Shown one piece after another: positions 1 to 18,427 of a stretch of 64,000 nt of DNA. The translations under genes were made by a program, and so were the position numbers. The stretch's first letter is position 1. The number at the start of each line of letters is the position of its first letter. The notes beneath the pieces are model-generated. The model saw only the letters and a list, made by a program, of their open reading frames with translations. It made no database searches and was not told the DNA's origin. This DNA is from Eledone cirrhosa (Eukaryota), in contig OZ024743.1 of NCBI GenBank assembly GCA_964016885.1, forward strand, positions 183,086,001-183,150,000. The letters run 5' to 3'.

Positions 1-378
1 CGGTTGCCTTCCCTATCTTCATATCTCTGATTGCCTTACTTACTACGCTGCCGCTGACTTGTACTGCTGGTCCCTCTATAGGGTCTACGTGGGGTAGGGT
101 CTCTTCTTCCCATGCATTCTCCTCATTTAGTAATCTATCATAATGACTCTTCCATGCATCTTTCTTCTCAGCACTTGTGAGGGCAAGCTCACCTTTATCA
201 TTCCGGATACACTTCTCTCCAATGACATCACAACTATCTCTGACACACTGCCTCGCAATCTTGAATACCTCCTGTTTCTGGTCCTCACGTTGTAAAACAT
301 GCTTGAATTTTCTATCCTCTGCTTCCCTCCTAGCTAAGTATACTTGTCGCCTAGCTTCCCTCTTGGTCTCTATGTAAT
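1..378 (-). mobile_element. RTE-clade LINE fragment (linker upstream of RT), runs off the window
   Basis: Minus-strand translation gives ...[54 protein letters not shown], homologous to the same segment of the RTE copies at ~15660-15790 and ~22370-22530. Confidence 0.85.
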
Positions 379-381
379 GTT

Positions 382-1140
382 TTCAATATTTTCAATCTGA
401 AAATATTGAAGAGATAAGACACTTTCCCATTCTTCTCTGCTAAAATGTATCACTAGAGCTGATTCCAATTTTCCCAGCCAGCCATCCATCTAATCTACGA
501 AGGTATTTTAGCCTACATATTGTTGTTAATATTATGATGTTCCCTGCTGTATTAGCGTTAAATTTTCCCTGCTGTATTAGCGATAAATTTTCGAGGGTTT
601 CTCTTAGTAGTTTTTTTCATGACATTATTATTGTTAATTTTACTGATGTAGTATTAACTTATTAACTTGGATATTTACCATGCGGTATTCTAATCCTATT
701 GTATCTCTCTGTTATTTACCATGCGACCCTCAGTTCCTACCCCCCCCCCCTCTCTATGCACTTCTTTAAGGCTTACTACCCTGTCTTTAACCTAATTCAT
801 TCAATCTGAAAATATTGAAGAGATAAGACACTTTCCCATTCTTCTCTGCTAAAATGTATCACTAGAGCTGATTCCAATTTTCCCAGCCAGCCATCCATCT
901 AATCTACGAAGGTATTTTAGCCTACATATTGTTGTTAATATATGATGTGCCCTGCTGTATTAGCGTTAAATTTTCCCTGCTGTATTAGCGATAAATTTCG
1001 AGGGTTTCTCTTAGTAGTTTTTTTCATGACGTTATTATTGTTAATTTTACTGATGTAGTATTAACTTATTAACTTGGATATTTACCATGCGGTATTCTAA
1101 TCCTATATATATATATTCACCATGCGGTATTCTAATCCTA
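382..1140. repeat. ~310-bp direct duplication (391-699 and ~800-1106) starting with a short hairpin; possible Penelope-like pseudo-LTR
   Basis: Two near-identical copies run from TTCAATCTGAAAATATTG to GGTATTCTAATCCTAT. The first starts in the 13-bp-arm inverted repeat TTCAATATTTTCA-atc-TGAAAATATTGAA, and the last ~25 bp recur at ~1116-1140. The PLE identity is inference. Confidence 0.6.
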
Positions 1141-1478
1141 TATATATATATTCACATATATATATATATATATATATTCACATATATATATATATTCACA
1201 TATATATATATATATATATTCTCATATATATATATTCACATATATATATATATATTCACATATATATATATATTCACATATATATATATATTCACATATA
1301 TATATATATATTCACATATATATATATATATTCACATATATATATATATATTCACATATATATATATATATTCACATATATATATATATTCACATATATA
1401 TATATATTAACATATATATATATATTAACATATATATATATATTAACATATATATATATATTAACATATATATATACA
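1107..1478. repeat. (TA)n-TTCACA compound microsatellite
   Basis: Directly visible TATATATATTCACA and TATATATTAACA units. Confidence 0.95.
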
Positions 1479-1619
1479 TGGAAAGTTATATTTAAATTGT
1501 TGGGTTACAACGAGTAAATATTTATAACTGATATAAAAGCACTCAACAAGTATATATTTAAATGTAAGTATGTGTGTATACGTACATACATATATGTATA
1601 CAGACGTACTGTAGCATGC

Positions 1620-1650
<31 letters not shown>

Positions 1651-1809
1651 TATACATACAGGTACACATACATATATGCACGTATCAGTTTAGCAGACGC
1701 TTATTATAACGCCGCTTTGTTCGTTTGTAAACAAACTGAACAGCCTGAATTTTTATGCCGTACGGTGTTAAGGCAACCACGTCACCTTTTGTTCAACACT
1801 GACACAGGA

Positions 1810-1852
1810 ACGATGTACTAGTTTCAAGCTTGTTAGCTATCATCAGCACCGT
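1810..1852 (-). ncRNA. Minimal type-I hammerhead ribozyme (inverted copy)
   Basis: Reverse complement reads ACGGTG-CUGAUGA-UAGCUAACAAGCUU-GAAA-CUAG-UA-CAUCGU, identical to the copy at 1942-1984. Confidence 0.75.
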
Positions 1853-1941
1853 ATACCCATCTGCCAGATAGTTGAACGTTCGAAAGTATATACTTTCCTT
1901 ATGAAAATTAACGGATGTTCAACTATCTGGCAGATGGGTAT

Positions 1942-1984
1942 ACGGTGCTGATGATAGCTAACAAGCTTGAAACTAGTACATCGT
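1942..1984 (+). ncRNA. Minimal type-I hammerhead ribozyme
   Basis: Core CUGAUGA at 1948-1954 and GAAA at 1969-1972. Helix I is ACGGUG/CAUCGU, helix II is AGCU-aaca-AGCU, helix III is the palindrome ACUAGU. GUA cleavage triplet at 1976-1978. Confidence 0.78.
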
Positions 1985-2142
1985 TCCTGTGTCAGTGTTG
2001 AACAAAAGGTGACGTGGTTGCCTTAACACCGTACGCATAAAAATTCAGGCTGTTCAGTTTGTTTACAAATGAACAAAGCGGCGTTATAATAAGCATCTGC
2101 TAAACTGATACGTGCTTATATGTATGTGTACCTGTATGTATA

Positions 2143-2173
<31 letters not shown>

Positions 2174-2411
2174 GCATGCTACTGTACGTCTGTATACATA
2201 TATGTATGTACGTATACACACATACTTACATTTAAGTAAGTGCCGTACTAAGAGTGAGAAATGAAATTTCGTTTTCATTTTTTTTCAACTCATCGTTTTC
2301 GGTATGCCTGACCGACTTAGCTCACTCGATATGCAAATTAGGCTGCTCAGCCGTTAATTTTCAAAATGAAAGTATATACTTTCGAACGTTCAACTATCTG
2401 CAGATGGGTAT

Positions 2412-2453
2412 ACGGTGCTGATGATAGCTAACAAGCTTGAACTAGTACATCGT
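2412..2453 (+). ncRNA. Minimal hammerhead copy with a 1-nt core deletion (GAA instead of GAAA)
   Basis: Same sequence as 1942-1984 but reads ...AAGCTTGAACTAGTA. Either inactive or a homopolymer sequencing error. Confidence 0.55.
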
Positions 2454-2780
2454 TCCTGTGTCAGTGTTGAACAAAAGGTGACGTGGTTGCCTTAACACCG
2501 TACGGCATAAAAATTCAGGCTGTTCAGTTTGTTTACAAATGAACAAAGCGGCGTTATAATAAGCGTCTGCTAAACTGATACGTGCATATATATAGTGTCT
2601 GTACTGTATGATATCATCATCATCATCATCAGGTTAGCGTCCGTGTTCCACGCTTGCATATATATGCATGCTACTGTACGTCTGTATACAGATATGTATG
2701 TACGTATACACATACTTACATTTAAGTAAGTGCCGTACCAAGAGTGAGAAATGAAATTTCATTTTCATTTTTTTTCAGAC

Positions 2781-6695
<3,915 letters not shown>

Positions 6696-6895
6696 NNNNN
6701 NNNNNNNNNNNNNNNNNNNNNNNNNNNNNNNNNNNNNNNNNNNNNNNNNNNNNNNNNNNNNNNNNNNNNNNNNNNNNNNNNNNNNNNNNNNNNNNNNNNN
6801 NNNNNNNNNNNNNNNNNNNNNNNNNNNNNNNNNNNNNNNNNNNNNNNNNNNNNNNNNNNNNNNNNNNNNNNNNNNNNNNNNNNNNNNNNNNNNNN
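6696..6895. other. Assembly gap (200 N)
   Basis: Run of N. Confidence 1.
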
Positions 6896-7310
6896 TATCA
6901 TCCGGGAGAGATGACCCCTTAGCCTTTGTCAAGGCAGAATTCTAGGAGAAGGAAAACTCTGATATAACACCTGCAACCCTGATGGTATCCATTGATGTTG
7001 ACTTGTTCTTCTTTTTGGTAAATATCATCTTGGTTAAGAGAGTGGGACTGGCTTTGTGCAGTGCCTTTGCTCACTATAAAAGCTTCACGGCACAGGCATT
7101 GCTTTATATCTGGAGATCTCTGCACTTGTCGTCACAGGGTACCATGGGCCCAGCACTATGTGTCAATAATTGTCACAAGTGTAGTGTTTGTACCAGAGTT
7201 TTCAAGTCGCTGGCTGGAATAAAAAGTCACATTCGTTCAGCGCATCGGTAGGGGTTCTCCTACATGTATATAAAGTAGTGGCCGTACTCGAAAACGAGTT
7301 GGCAGCCACC
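6896..7310 (+). mobile_element. ~410-bp non-autonomous RTE-like retroelement, copy 1 (5' UTR-like head, C-terminal C2H2 finger, 3' hairpin)
   Basis: Head motif CTAGGAGAAGGAAAACTCTGA, recalled from RTE-type 5' regions. Encodes [23 protein letters not shown] (C2H2). 3' hairpin CTCG-AAAA-CGAG followed by a TATG microsatellite. Second copy at 8922-9293. Confidence 0.6.
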
Positions 7311-8915
<1,605 letters not shown>

Positions 8916-8921
8916 ATCCAA

Positions 8922-9293
8922 AATCACCGGGAGAGATGACCCCTTAGCCTTTGTCAGGGCAGAATTCTAGGAGAAGGAAAACTCTGATATAACACCTGCA
9001 ACCCTGATGGTATCCAATGATGTTGACTTGTTCTTCTTTTTGGTAAATATCATCTTTGTTAAGAGAGTTGGACTGGCTTTGTGCAGTGCCTTTGCTCACT
9101 ATAAAAGCTTCACGGCACAGGCATTGCTTTATATCTGGAGATCTCTCTGCACTTGTCCTCACATGGTACCATGGGCCCAGCACTGTGTCAATAATTGTCA
9201 CAAGTGTAGTGTTTGTACCAGAGTGCATCGGTAGGGGCTCTCCTACATGGATGTAAAGTGGTGGCCGTACTCGAAAACGAGTTGGCAGCCACC
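8922..9293 (+). mobile_element. Non-autonomous RTE-like retroelement, copy 2 (42-bp deletion in the zinc finger)
   Basis: Highly similar to 6896-7310 but lacks the equivalent of 7200-7241. Confidence 0.6.
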
Positions 9294-9324
9294 ATATATA
9301 TATATATGTATATATATATGTATG

Positions 9325-9355
<31 letters not shown>

Positions 9356-10022
9356 GTATATATATATGTATGTATATATATATGTATGTATATATATATG
9401 TATGTATATATATATGTATATGTATGTATATATATATGTATATATGTATGTATGTATGTATATATATATATGTATGTATATATATATGTATGTATATATA
9501 TATATATATGTATGTATATATATATATATATATGTATGTATATATATATATATATGTATGTATATATATATATGTATGTATGTATATATATATATATATG
9601 TATGTATATATATATATGTATGTATATATATATATGTATGTATATATATATATATATGTATGTATATATATATATATGTATGTATATATATATATATGTA
9701 TGTATATATATATATATGTATGTATATATATATATATGTATGTATATATATATATATGTATGTATATATATATATATGTATGTATATATATATATATGTA
9801 TGTATATATATATATATGTATGTATATATATATATATGTATGTATATATATATATATGTATGTATATATATATATATGTATGTATATATATATGTATGTA
9901 TGTATATATATATATGTATGTATATATATATATATGTATGTATATATATATATATGTATGTATATATATATATATGTATGTATATATATATATATGTATG
10001 TATATATATATATATATGTATG

Positions 10023-10055
<33 letters not shown>

Positions 10056-10164
10056 GTATGTATATATATATGTATGTATATATATATGTATGTATATATA
10101 TATATATGTATGTATATATATATATATGTATGTATATATATATGTATGTATATATATATGTATG

Positions 10165-10204
<40 letters not shown>

Positions 10205-10307
10205 TATATGTATGTATATATATATATGTATGTATATATATATATATGTATGTTTATATATATGTATGTATATATATATATATGTATGTATATATATATG
10301 TATGTAT

Positions 10308-10348
<41 letters not shown>

Positions 10349-10394
10349 TGTATGTATATATATATATATGTATGTATGTATATATATATGTATG

Positions 10395-10425
<31 letters not shown>

Positions 10426-10667
10426 GTATGTATATATATATATATGTATATATATATATGTATGTATATATATATATATGTATGTATATATATATGTATG
10501 TATATATATATATGTATGTATATATATATATATGTATGTATATATATATATATGTATGTATATATATATATATGTATGTATATATATATATATGTATGTA
10601 TATATATATATATGTATGCATATATATATATATATGTATGTATATATATATATATATGTATGTATAT

Positions 10668-10701
<34 letters not shown>

Positions 10702-10768
10702 GTATGTATATATATATATGTATGTATGTATATATATATATGTATGTATATATATATATATATGTATG

Positions 10769-10808
<40 letters not shown>

Positions 10809-10914
10809 TATGTATGTATATATATATATATATGTATGTATATATATATGTATGTATATATATATATATGTATGTATATATGTATGTATGTATGTATATG
10901 TATGTATGTATGTA

Positions 10915-10950
<36 letters not shown>

Positions 10951-10967
10951 TGTATGTATGTATGTAT

Positions 10968-11020
<53 letters not shown>

Positions 11021-11402
11021 TGTATGTATGTATGTATGTATGTATGTATGTATGTATGTATGTATATATATGTATGTATGTATGTATATATATGTATATA
11101 TATATGTATGTATGTATGTATATATATATGTATGTATGTATATATATGTATATATATATGTATGTATATATATGTATATATATATGTATATATATATGTA
11201 TGTATGTATATATATGTATATATATATGTATGTATGTATATATATGTATATATATATGTATGTATATATATATGTATATATATATGTATGTATATATATA
11301 TGTATATATATATGTATGTATGTATATATATGTATATATATATGTATGTATGTATATATATGTATATATATATGTATATGTATGTGTATATATATGTATA
11401 TG

Positions 11403-11433
<31 letters not shown>

Positions 11434-12114
11434 GTATATATATGTATGTATATATATATGTATGTATGTATCTATATATATGTATATATATATGTATGTA
11501 TGTATGTATATATATGTATATATATATGTATGTATGTATATATATATATATATGTATGTATATATATATATATATGTATATATATATGTATGTATGTATA
11601 TATATATATATATGTATATATATATGTATGTATGTATATATATATATGTATATATATATGTATGTATGTATATATATATATGTATATATATATATGTATA
11701 TATATATGTATGTATGTATATATATATATGTATATATGTATGTATGTATGTATATATATATATGTATATATATATGTATGTATGTATGTATGTATATATA
11801 TATATATGTGTATGTATGTATATATATATATATGTGTATGTATGTATATATATATATATGTGTATGTATGTATATATATATATATGTGTATGTATGTATA
11901 TATATATATATGTGTATGTATGTATATATATATATATGTGTATGTATGTATATATATATATATGTGTATGTATGTATATATATATGTGTATGTATGTATA
12001 TATATATGTATATGTATGTATATATATATATGTATATGTATGTATATATATATATGTATATGTATGTATATATATATATGTATATGTATGTATGTATATA
12101 TATATATATGTATG
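9294..12114. repeat. (TATG)2(TA)n compound microsatellite
   Basis: Directly visible. Confidence 0.95.
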
Positions 12115-13166
12115 TTTTCTCTTTCTCTTAATTTTCGAGTATATTTTTTTGACCGGCCACCTTCCTGGTGGCAAGGTTGTAAAAGAAAAGAAATTGTCAT
12201 CCCTTGAATCGCAAGAATGTTTTGCATATTTTGAAGGTGCCAGCTATCGCAGCCAATTTGTAGACTATGAATTAGGGAGCTGCGCTTTTTGTCCGCAAAT
12301 CCAAGTTCGGTCATACTTTGGTCCAAGCGGGTTGGTATATAACCCGTAGCACCAATAATGATGGGTATGAAGCTAAAGGTGTATCTTGGATACTGGATTT
12401 GTAAGCTCCTCATCAATGGTCCGTAGATGTCCTCCTTCTCCTGTATTTTTCTGACAACGTTTACATCAAGTGGGCAGCTGATCTCCACAACAGAACACGT
12501 TTTCAATGTGTGGTCCCAAACTACAATATCAGGCCGGTTGTGCTTTAATTTGGTGGCAGTTTTTATTTTCAGGTTCCACCAGTATTCCTTAGTGCCATCT
12601 GTCTCAATATATTCTTCCTCGTTTGTTGTTAATTTTGTTTTCCGAAGTGCGTTCCAGATAGTTCTAGCTATCCCATCGTGTCTCATGGGGAGGTAGTAGC
12701 GAGATGACATTCTTTCGCAGCTGGCAACAATGTGGCTTACATCCTCGATCTTTGTTTTACATAGCCTACATTTATTGTCAGCTGCTGGCCCTCCTCTTTT
12801 GTGCAGCAGATATTTGGTAGGGAGTTCTTGTTCCTGTATTGCATAGAGATATCCCTCAAGGTGTGATGTCATAAACTTGTCGGAACTCCATGCCAGGCTT
12901 TTTGAGTGGTTTATCCCCTCTATGGTCTGTGTTTTACGCCTCAAGTATCCATGCACAACTTTCTCTGTAAATTGGTCAATTTTTTTTTCTTGTTTGAACA
13001 TTGAATAGGATCTTCCGATTTCTCTGGGTGAGAGATTTATATCAGGCTTTATTCCATATCTCTCCTCCAGATCAGTCGCTATTCTAATGATATTTCTTTT
13101 TTCATGCTCATAAACCTGAGCAAGATGGTCGCCAACCTTTTTCCTCTGTTGAAGGTGTTGCTTCAG
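12115..13166 (-). mobile_element. 5'-truncated RLE-type non-LTR retrotransposon (R4/Dong-like): CCHC knuckle and restriction-like endonuclease
   Basis: Motifs [14 protein letters not shown]-x8-H-x4-[28 protein letters not shown] and [11 protein letters not shown] frameshift near 12255 restores [18 protein letters not shown] (stop ~12197). The short 3' UTR abuts ATAC repeats. Confidence 0.85.
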
Positions 13167-13997
13167 TGTATGTATATATATATGTATGTATGTATATATA
13201 TATGTATGTATGTATATATATATATGTATGTATGTATATATATATATATATATGTATATGTATGTATGTATGTATATATGTATATATGTATGTATGTATA
13301 TATATGTATATGTATGTATGTATGTATATATATGTATATGTATGTATGTATGTATATATGTATATATGTATGTATGTATATATATATATGTATATGTATG
13401 TATGTATGTATATATGTATGTATGTATATATATATATGTATATGTATGTATGTATGTATATATGTATGTATGTATGTATATATGTATATATGTATGTATG
13501 TATGTATGTATATATGTATATATGTATGTATGTATATATATATATATGTATATGTATGTATGTATGTATATATGTATATATGTATGTATGTATGTATATA
13601 TATATATGTATATATATGTATGTATGTATGTGTATGTATGTATGTATATATATATATGTATATATATGTATGTATGTATGTATGTATATGTATGTATGTA
13701 TATGTATGTATGTATATATGTATATGTATGTATATATGTATATGTATGTATGTATGTATGTATGTATATATATGTATGTATGTATATGTATGTATGTATA
13801 TGTATGTATGTATATGTATGTATGTATGTATATGTATGTATGTATATGTATGTATGTATATGTATGTATGTATATGTATGTATGTATGTATATGTATGTA
13901 TATGTATGTATATGTATGTATATGTATGTATGTATGTATATGTATGTATGTATATATATGTATGTATGTATATATATATATATATATATATGTATAT
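13167..13997. repeat. (TATG)n microsatellite
   Basis: Directly visible. Confidence 0.95.
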
Positions 13998-15790
13998 TGT
14001 TAGAGATGCCTACTGGCTGTAGTAGGTTTTACTATGTATTTAGGTAAGGCGGGTATTCTCTGTTACTGAGTACCGCCAAAGGTCTCGGTCCAGTGACATT
14101 GTCTTGGAGAGGTGTAAGTGTGTGAGGTCGGAGTTTATCAGCTCGTCCCAGGTTTTTCTAGGTCTGCCTATTCCGTGGCTACCGTCTATCTTTATTGCCC
14201 TGCACTTTGTTATACAGCTATCGACTCTCATGCGCATCACGTGTCCATACCAACGTAGCCTTCTCTCGAGTAAACAACATCTGATCCCTCTTATTTCTAA
14301 TTTTTTCCTTAGTTCGTTTATGCTTTGCCGTTCACGTATATTACTGTTACACATCCAGCGGAGCATGCAAGCTTCGTTCCTCTCTAGTCTGCACACAATG
14401 TTCCTCTCTAGTCTGCACACAATGCCCAGGTCTCACTGCCATGCAACATTGCTGTTCGTATGCAGGCATCATACAACCTGCCTTTCATTTTTAGGGAGAA
14501 TCCTTTAGCAGCTAATAGTGGTATAAGCTCTCTGAACTTTTTCCATCCAGTTCTGACTCTAGCTACTGTCCTTTCTGAGCACCCTCCCCCACTGCTGATT
14601 TTGTCACCCAGGTAACGGAAGCTGTCCACTATTTCTATAGAGCCCTCTGCGTAGTTGTAAGAGCTAGTATTTTGTGGGCACTTGCTGCTACTTATTGCAC
14701 CAGAGCACCGGCCACATGTAAAATCTATGTTCTTAGTTAGCTTACCTGTGATCCCACTACATCTTTTATGCACCCATACTTTGCATTTGGGACATAAAAT
14801 GGAGTTTCTACCTACGCCTTTCCTACACACTGAGCATGGCCATTTCCCAGAAGGGACCGCCGCCTTATTTTCTTTCCTACAAACTAGAACTTTAGTCTTA
14901 GCCAGGTTAATTTTAAGTCCTTTTGATTCTAGGCCATGCTTCCATGTTTGGAATTTCTTCTCTAGCTCGGCCATTGATTCAGCTATGAGTGTCAGGTCGT
15001 CTGCGTATAGGAGATCCCATGGGCAGCCTGTCTTGAACTCCTCTGTTATAGCCTGAAGGGCAATAATAAATAGTAGGGGGCTGAGAACAGAGCCCTAATG
15101 GACGCCAACTTTTACACTAAACTCTTCACTATGTTCGTTGTTAATTCTAACCTTGCTGACTGTTTCTTTATACAAGGCTTGTATCGCTCTCACAAGCCAT
15201 TCGTCAACACCTAGTTTTCTAAGAGCCCACCAGATAATGGAGCGGGGGACTCTGTCGAAGGCTTTCTCCAAGTCGACAAAAGCTAAGTAGAGGGGTTTAC
15301 CTTTAGCTAGGTACTTCTCCTGTAGTTGTCGTACAATGAAAAGAGCGTCTGTGGTACTTTTGCCTGACACAAACCCGAACTGCATTTCATCTAGGTCAAT
15401 TCTCTCTCTGATTAGTTGCACTATTACTTTTTCCGTGACCTTCATGACCTGGTCGATTAATTTAATGCCTCTATAGTTACTCCTATCTAGGGCATCTCCT
15501 TTACCCTTATAACAGTTAACGATGATGCTGCTATGCCAGTCCTTCGGAACAACCCCATTCTGTACGACTTGGTTAACTATGCGGGTGACCATGGTGTGTC
15601 CCACCGTTCCAGATGCCTTCAGCATCTCAGCGACTATTTCCGAAGGCCCAGCCGCCTTACCCGTCTTCATATCCTTGATTGCCTTACTTATTATACTCCC
15701 CTCGACTAACACTGCTGGTCCCTCTATTGGGTCGATGTGGGGCAGACTGTCTTTCTCCCATTTATTCTCCTCATTTAGTAGCCTTTCATG
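13998..15790 (-). mobile_element. 5'-truncated RTE LINE pseudogene: RT domain, PHD finger and C-terminus
   Basis: Motifs [51 protein letters not shown] (in-frame stop at 15095), LLYADDL, FRYLG, HGSETW, RRLRWYGHVMRM and GRPRKTW. A 24-bp tandem duplication with frameshift lies at 14377-14424. Confidence 0.92.
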
Positions 15791-17200
15791 TATATCTATG
15801 TATGTGTATGTATGTATATGTATGTGTATGTATATATATGTATATGTATGTGTATGTATATGTATGTGTATGTATATGTATGTGTATGTATATGTATGTG
15901 TATGTATATATATGTGTATGTATATATATGTATATGTATATATATGTATATATATGTATATGTATATATATGTATATATATGTATATGTATATATATGTA
16001 TATGTATGTGTGTATATATATGTATATGTATGTGTGTATATATATGTATATGTATGTGTGTATATATATGTATATGTATGTGTGTATATATATGTATATG
16101 TATGTGTGTATATATATGTGTGTGTGTGTATATATATATATGTATATGTATGTGTAGATATATGTATGTGTGTATATATATGTATGTGTGTATATATATG
16201 TATGTGTGTATATATATGTATGTGTGTATATATATGTATGTGTGTATATATATGTATGTGTGTATATATATGTATGTGTGTATATATATGTATGTGTGTA
16301 TATATATGTATGTGTGTATATATATGTATGTGTGTATATATATGTATGTATTTGTATATATATATATATATATGTATGTGTATATATATATATATGTATG
16401 TGTATATATATATATATGTATGTGTATATATATATGTATGTGTATATATATATGTATGTGTATATATATATGTATGTGTATATATATATGTATGTGTATA
16501 TATATGTGTATGTGTATATATATATATATGTGTATGTGTATATATATATATATGTGTATGTGTATATATATATATATGTGTATGTGTATATATATATATG
16601 TGTATGTGTATATATATGTGTATGTGTATATATATATATATGTGTATATATATATATATGTGTATATATATATATGTGTATATATATATATATGTGTATG
16701 TGTATATATATATATATGTGTATGTGTATATATATATGTATGTGTATATATATATGTATGTGTATATATATATATATGTATGTGTATATATATATATATG
16801 TGTATGTGTATATATATATATATGTGTATGTGTATATATATATATATGTGTATGTGTATATATATATATATATGTGTATGTGTATATATATGTGTATGTG
16901 TATATATATATGTATGTGTATATATATATGTATGTGTATATATATGTGTATGTGTATATATATATATATATATGTGTGTATATATATATATATATGTGTA
17001 TGTGTATATATATATATATGTGTATGTGTATATATATATGTGTATGTGTATATATATATATATATATGTGTGTATATATATATGTGTATATATGTGTATA
17101 TATATATGTGTATATATATATGTGTATATATATATATGTATGTGTATATATATATATATATATGTGTATGTGTATATATATATATATATATGTGTATATA

Positions 17201-17273
<73 letters not shown>

Positions 17274-18062
17274 ATATATATATGTGTGTATATATATATA
17301 TGTGTATATATATATATGTGTATATATATATATGTGTATATATATATATGTGTATATATATATATGTGTATATATATATATGTGTATATATATATATGTG
17401 TATATATATATATGTGTATATATATATATATGTGTATATATATATATATGTGTATATATATATATGTGTATATATATATATGTGTATATATATATATGTG
17501 TATATATATATATGTGTATATATATATATGTGTATATATATATATGTGTATATATATATATGTGTATATATATATATGTGTATGTGTATATATATATATA
17601 TGTGTATGTGTATATATATATATGTGTATATATATATATGTGTATATATATATATGTGTATGTGTATATATATATGTGTATATATATATATGTGTATGTG
17701 TATATATATATATGTGTATATATATATATGTGTATGTGTATATATATATATGTGTATATATATATATGTGTATGTGTATATATATATGTGTATATATATA
17801 TATGTGTATGTGTATATATATATATGTGTATATATATATGTATGTGTATATATATATATGTGTATATATATATATGTGTATGTGTGTATATATATATGTG
17901 TATGTGTATATATATATATGTCTATGTGTATATATATATATGTCTATGTGTATATATATATATGTCTATGTGTATATATATATATGTGTATGTGTATATA
18001 TATATATGTATGCGTATATATATATATATATGTATGTGTATATATATATGTATGTGTATGTG
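15791..18062. repeat. (TATG/TGTG)(TA)n microsatellite
   Basis: Directly visible. Confidence 0.95.
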
Positions 18063-18063
18063 T

Positions 18064-18300
18064 ATCATCAACATCGTTTAACGTCCATATTCCACGCTTG
18101 CATGGGTTTGGATGGGAGTTTTCCCACTTGAGGCAAGATTGGTTGTCCTGCTCGTATAGGACTGACTGGCGGGTTTTTTACGGCTGGATGCCCTTCCTAA
18201 CACCAACCACGTTTACAGTATGGACTGGGAGGTTGTTACCGTGTTACCTACACGGCCACATTACAGCGTGGACTGTGTGTTTTTTTTTTTTGTGATGACA
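18064..18300 (-). mobile_element. RTE-derived SINE-like fragment (RTE 3' tail plus AGGAAGGGCATCCAGCCGTAAAA motif)
   Basis: Reverse complement ends ...AACCCATGCAAGCGTGGAATATGGACGTTAAACGATGTTGATG, matching the RTE 3' end at 23742-23798. A related copy lies at ~34308-34515. Confidence 0.65.
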
Positions 18301-18427
18301 CCTACACGACCTTATTTGTTTCGGACTGGATGTTGTGGTACCAACATAACTTCACATTTAAGGGGGGGGGGGTCTGGATGGGGTGTGGGTAGTGGGACCG
18401 GGGTGTATTTTGTTAGAGGTGCCTACT

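Larger units (their letters stand above)
1479..2780. mobile_element. Penelope-like element remnant: one inverted and two tandem pseudo-LTR copies, each with a hammerhead motif
   Basis: ~1555-1914 is the reverse complement of the unit repeated directly at ~1916-2350 and ~2350-2780. Inverted plus tandem pLTRs carrying minimal hammerheads is the established PLE architecture. 1479-1553 recurs at ~36074-36148. Confidence 0.75.

Noticed and set aside
635-700. Hammerhead in the first duplicated unit (CTGATGTAG)
   Set aside because: The core is not CUGANGA, and there is no downstream GAAA or helices.
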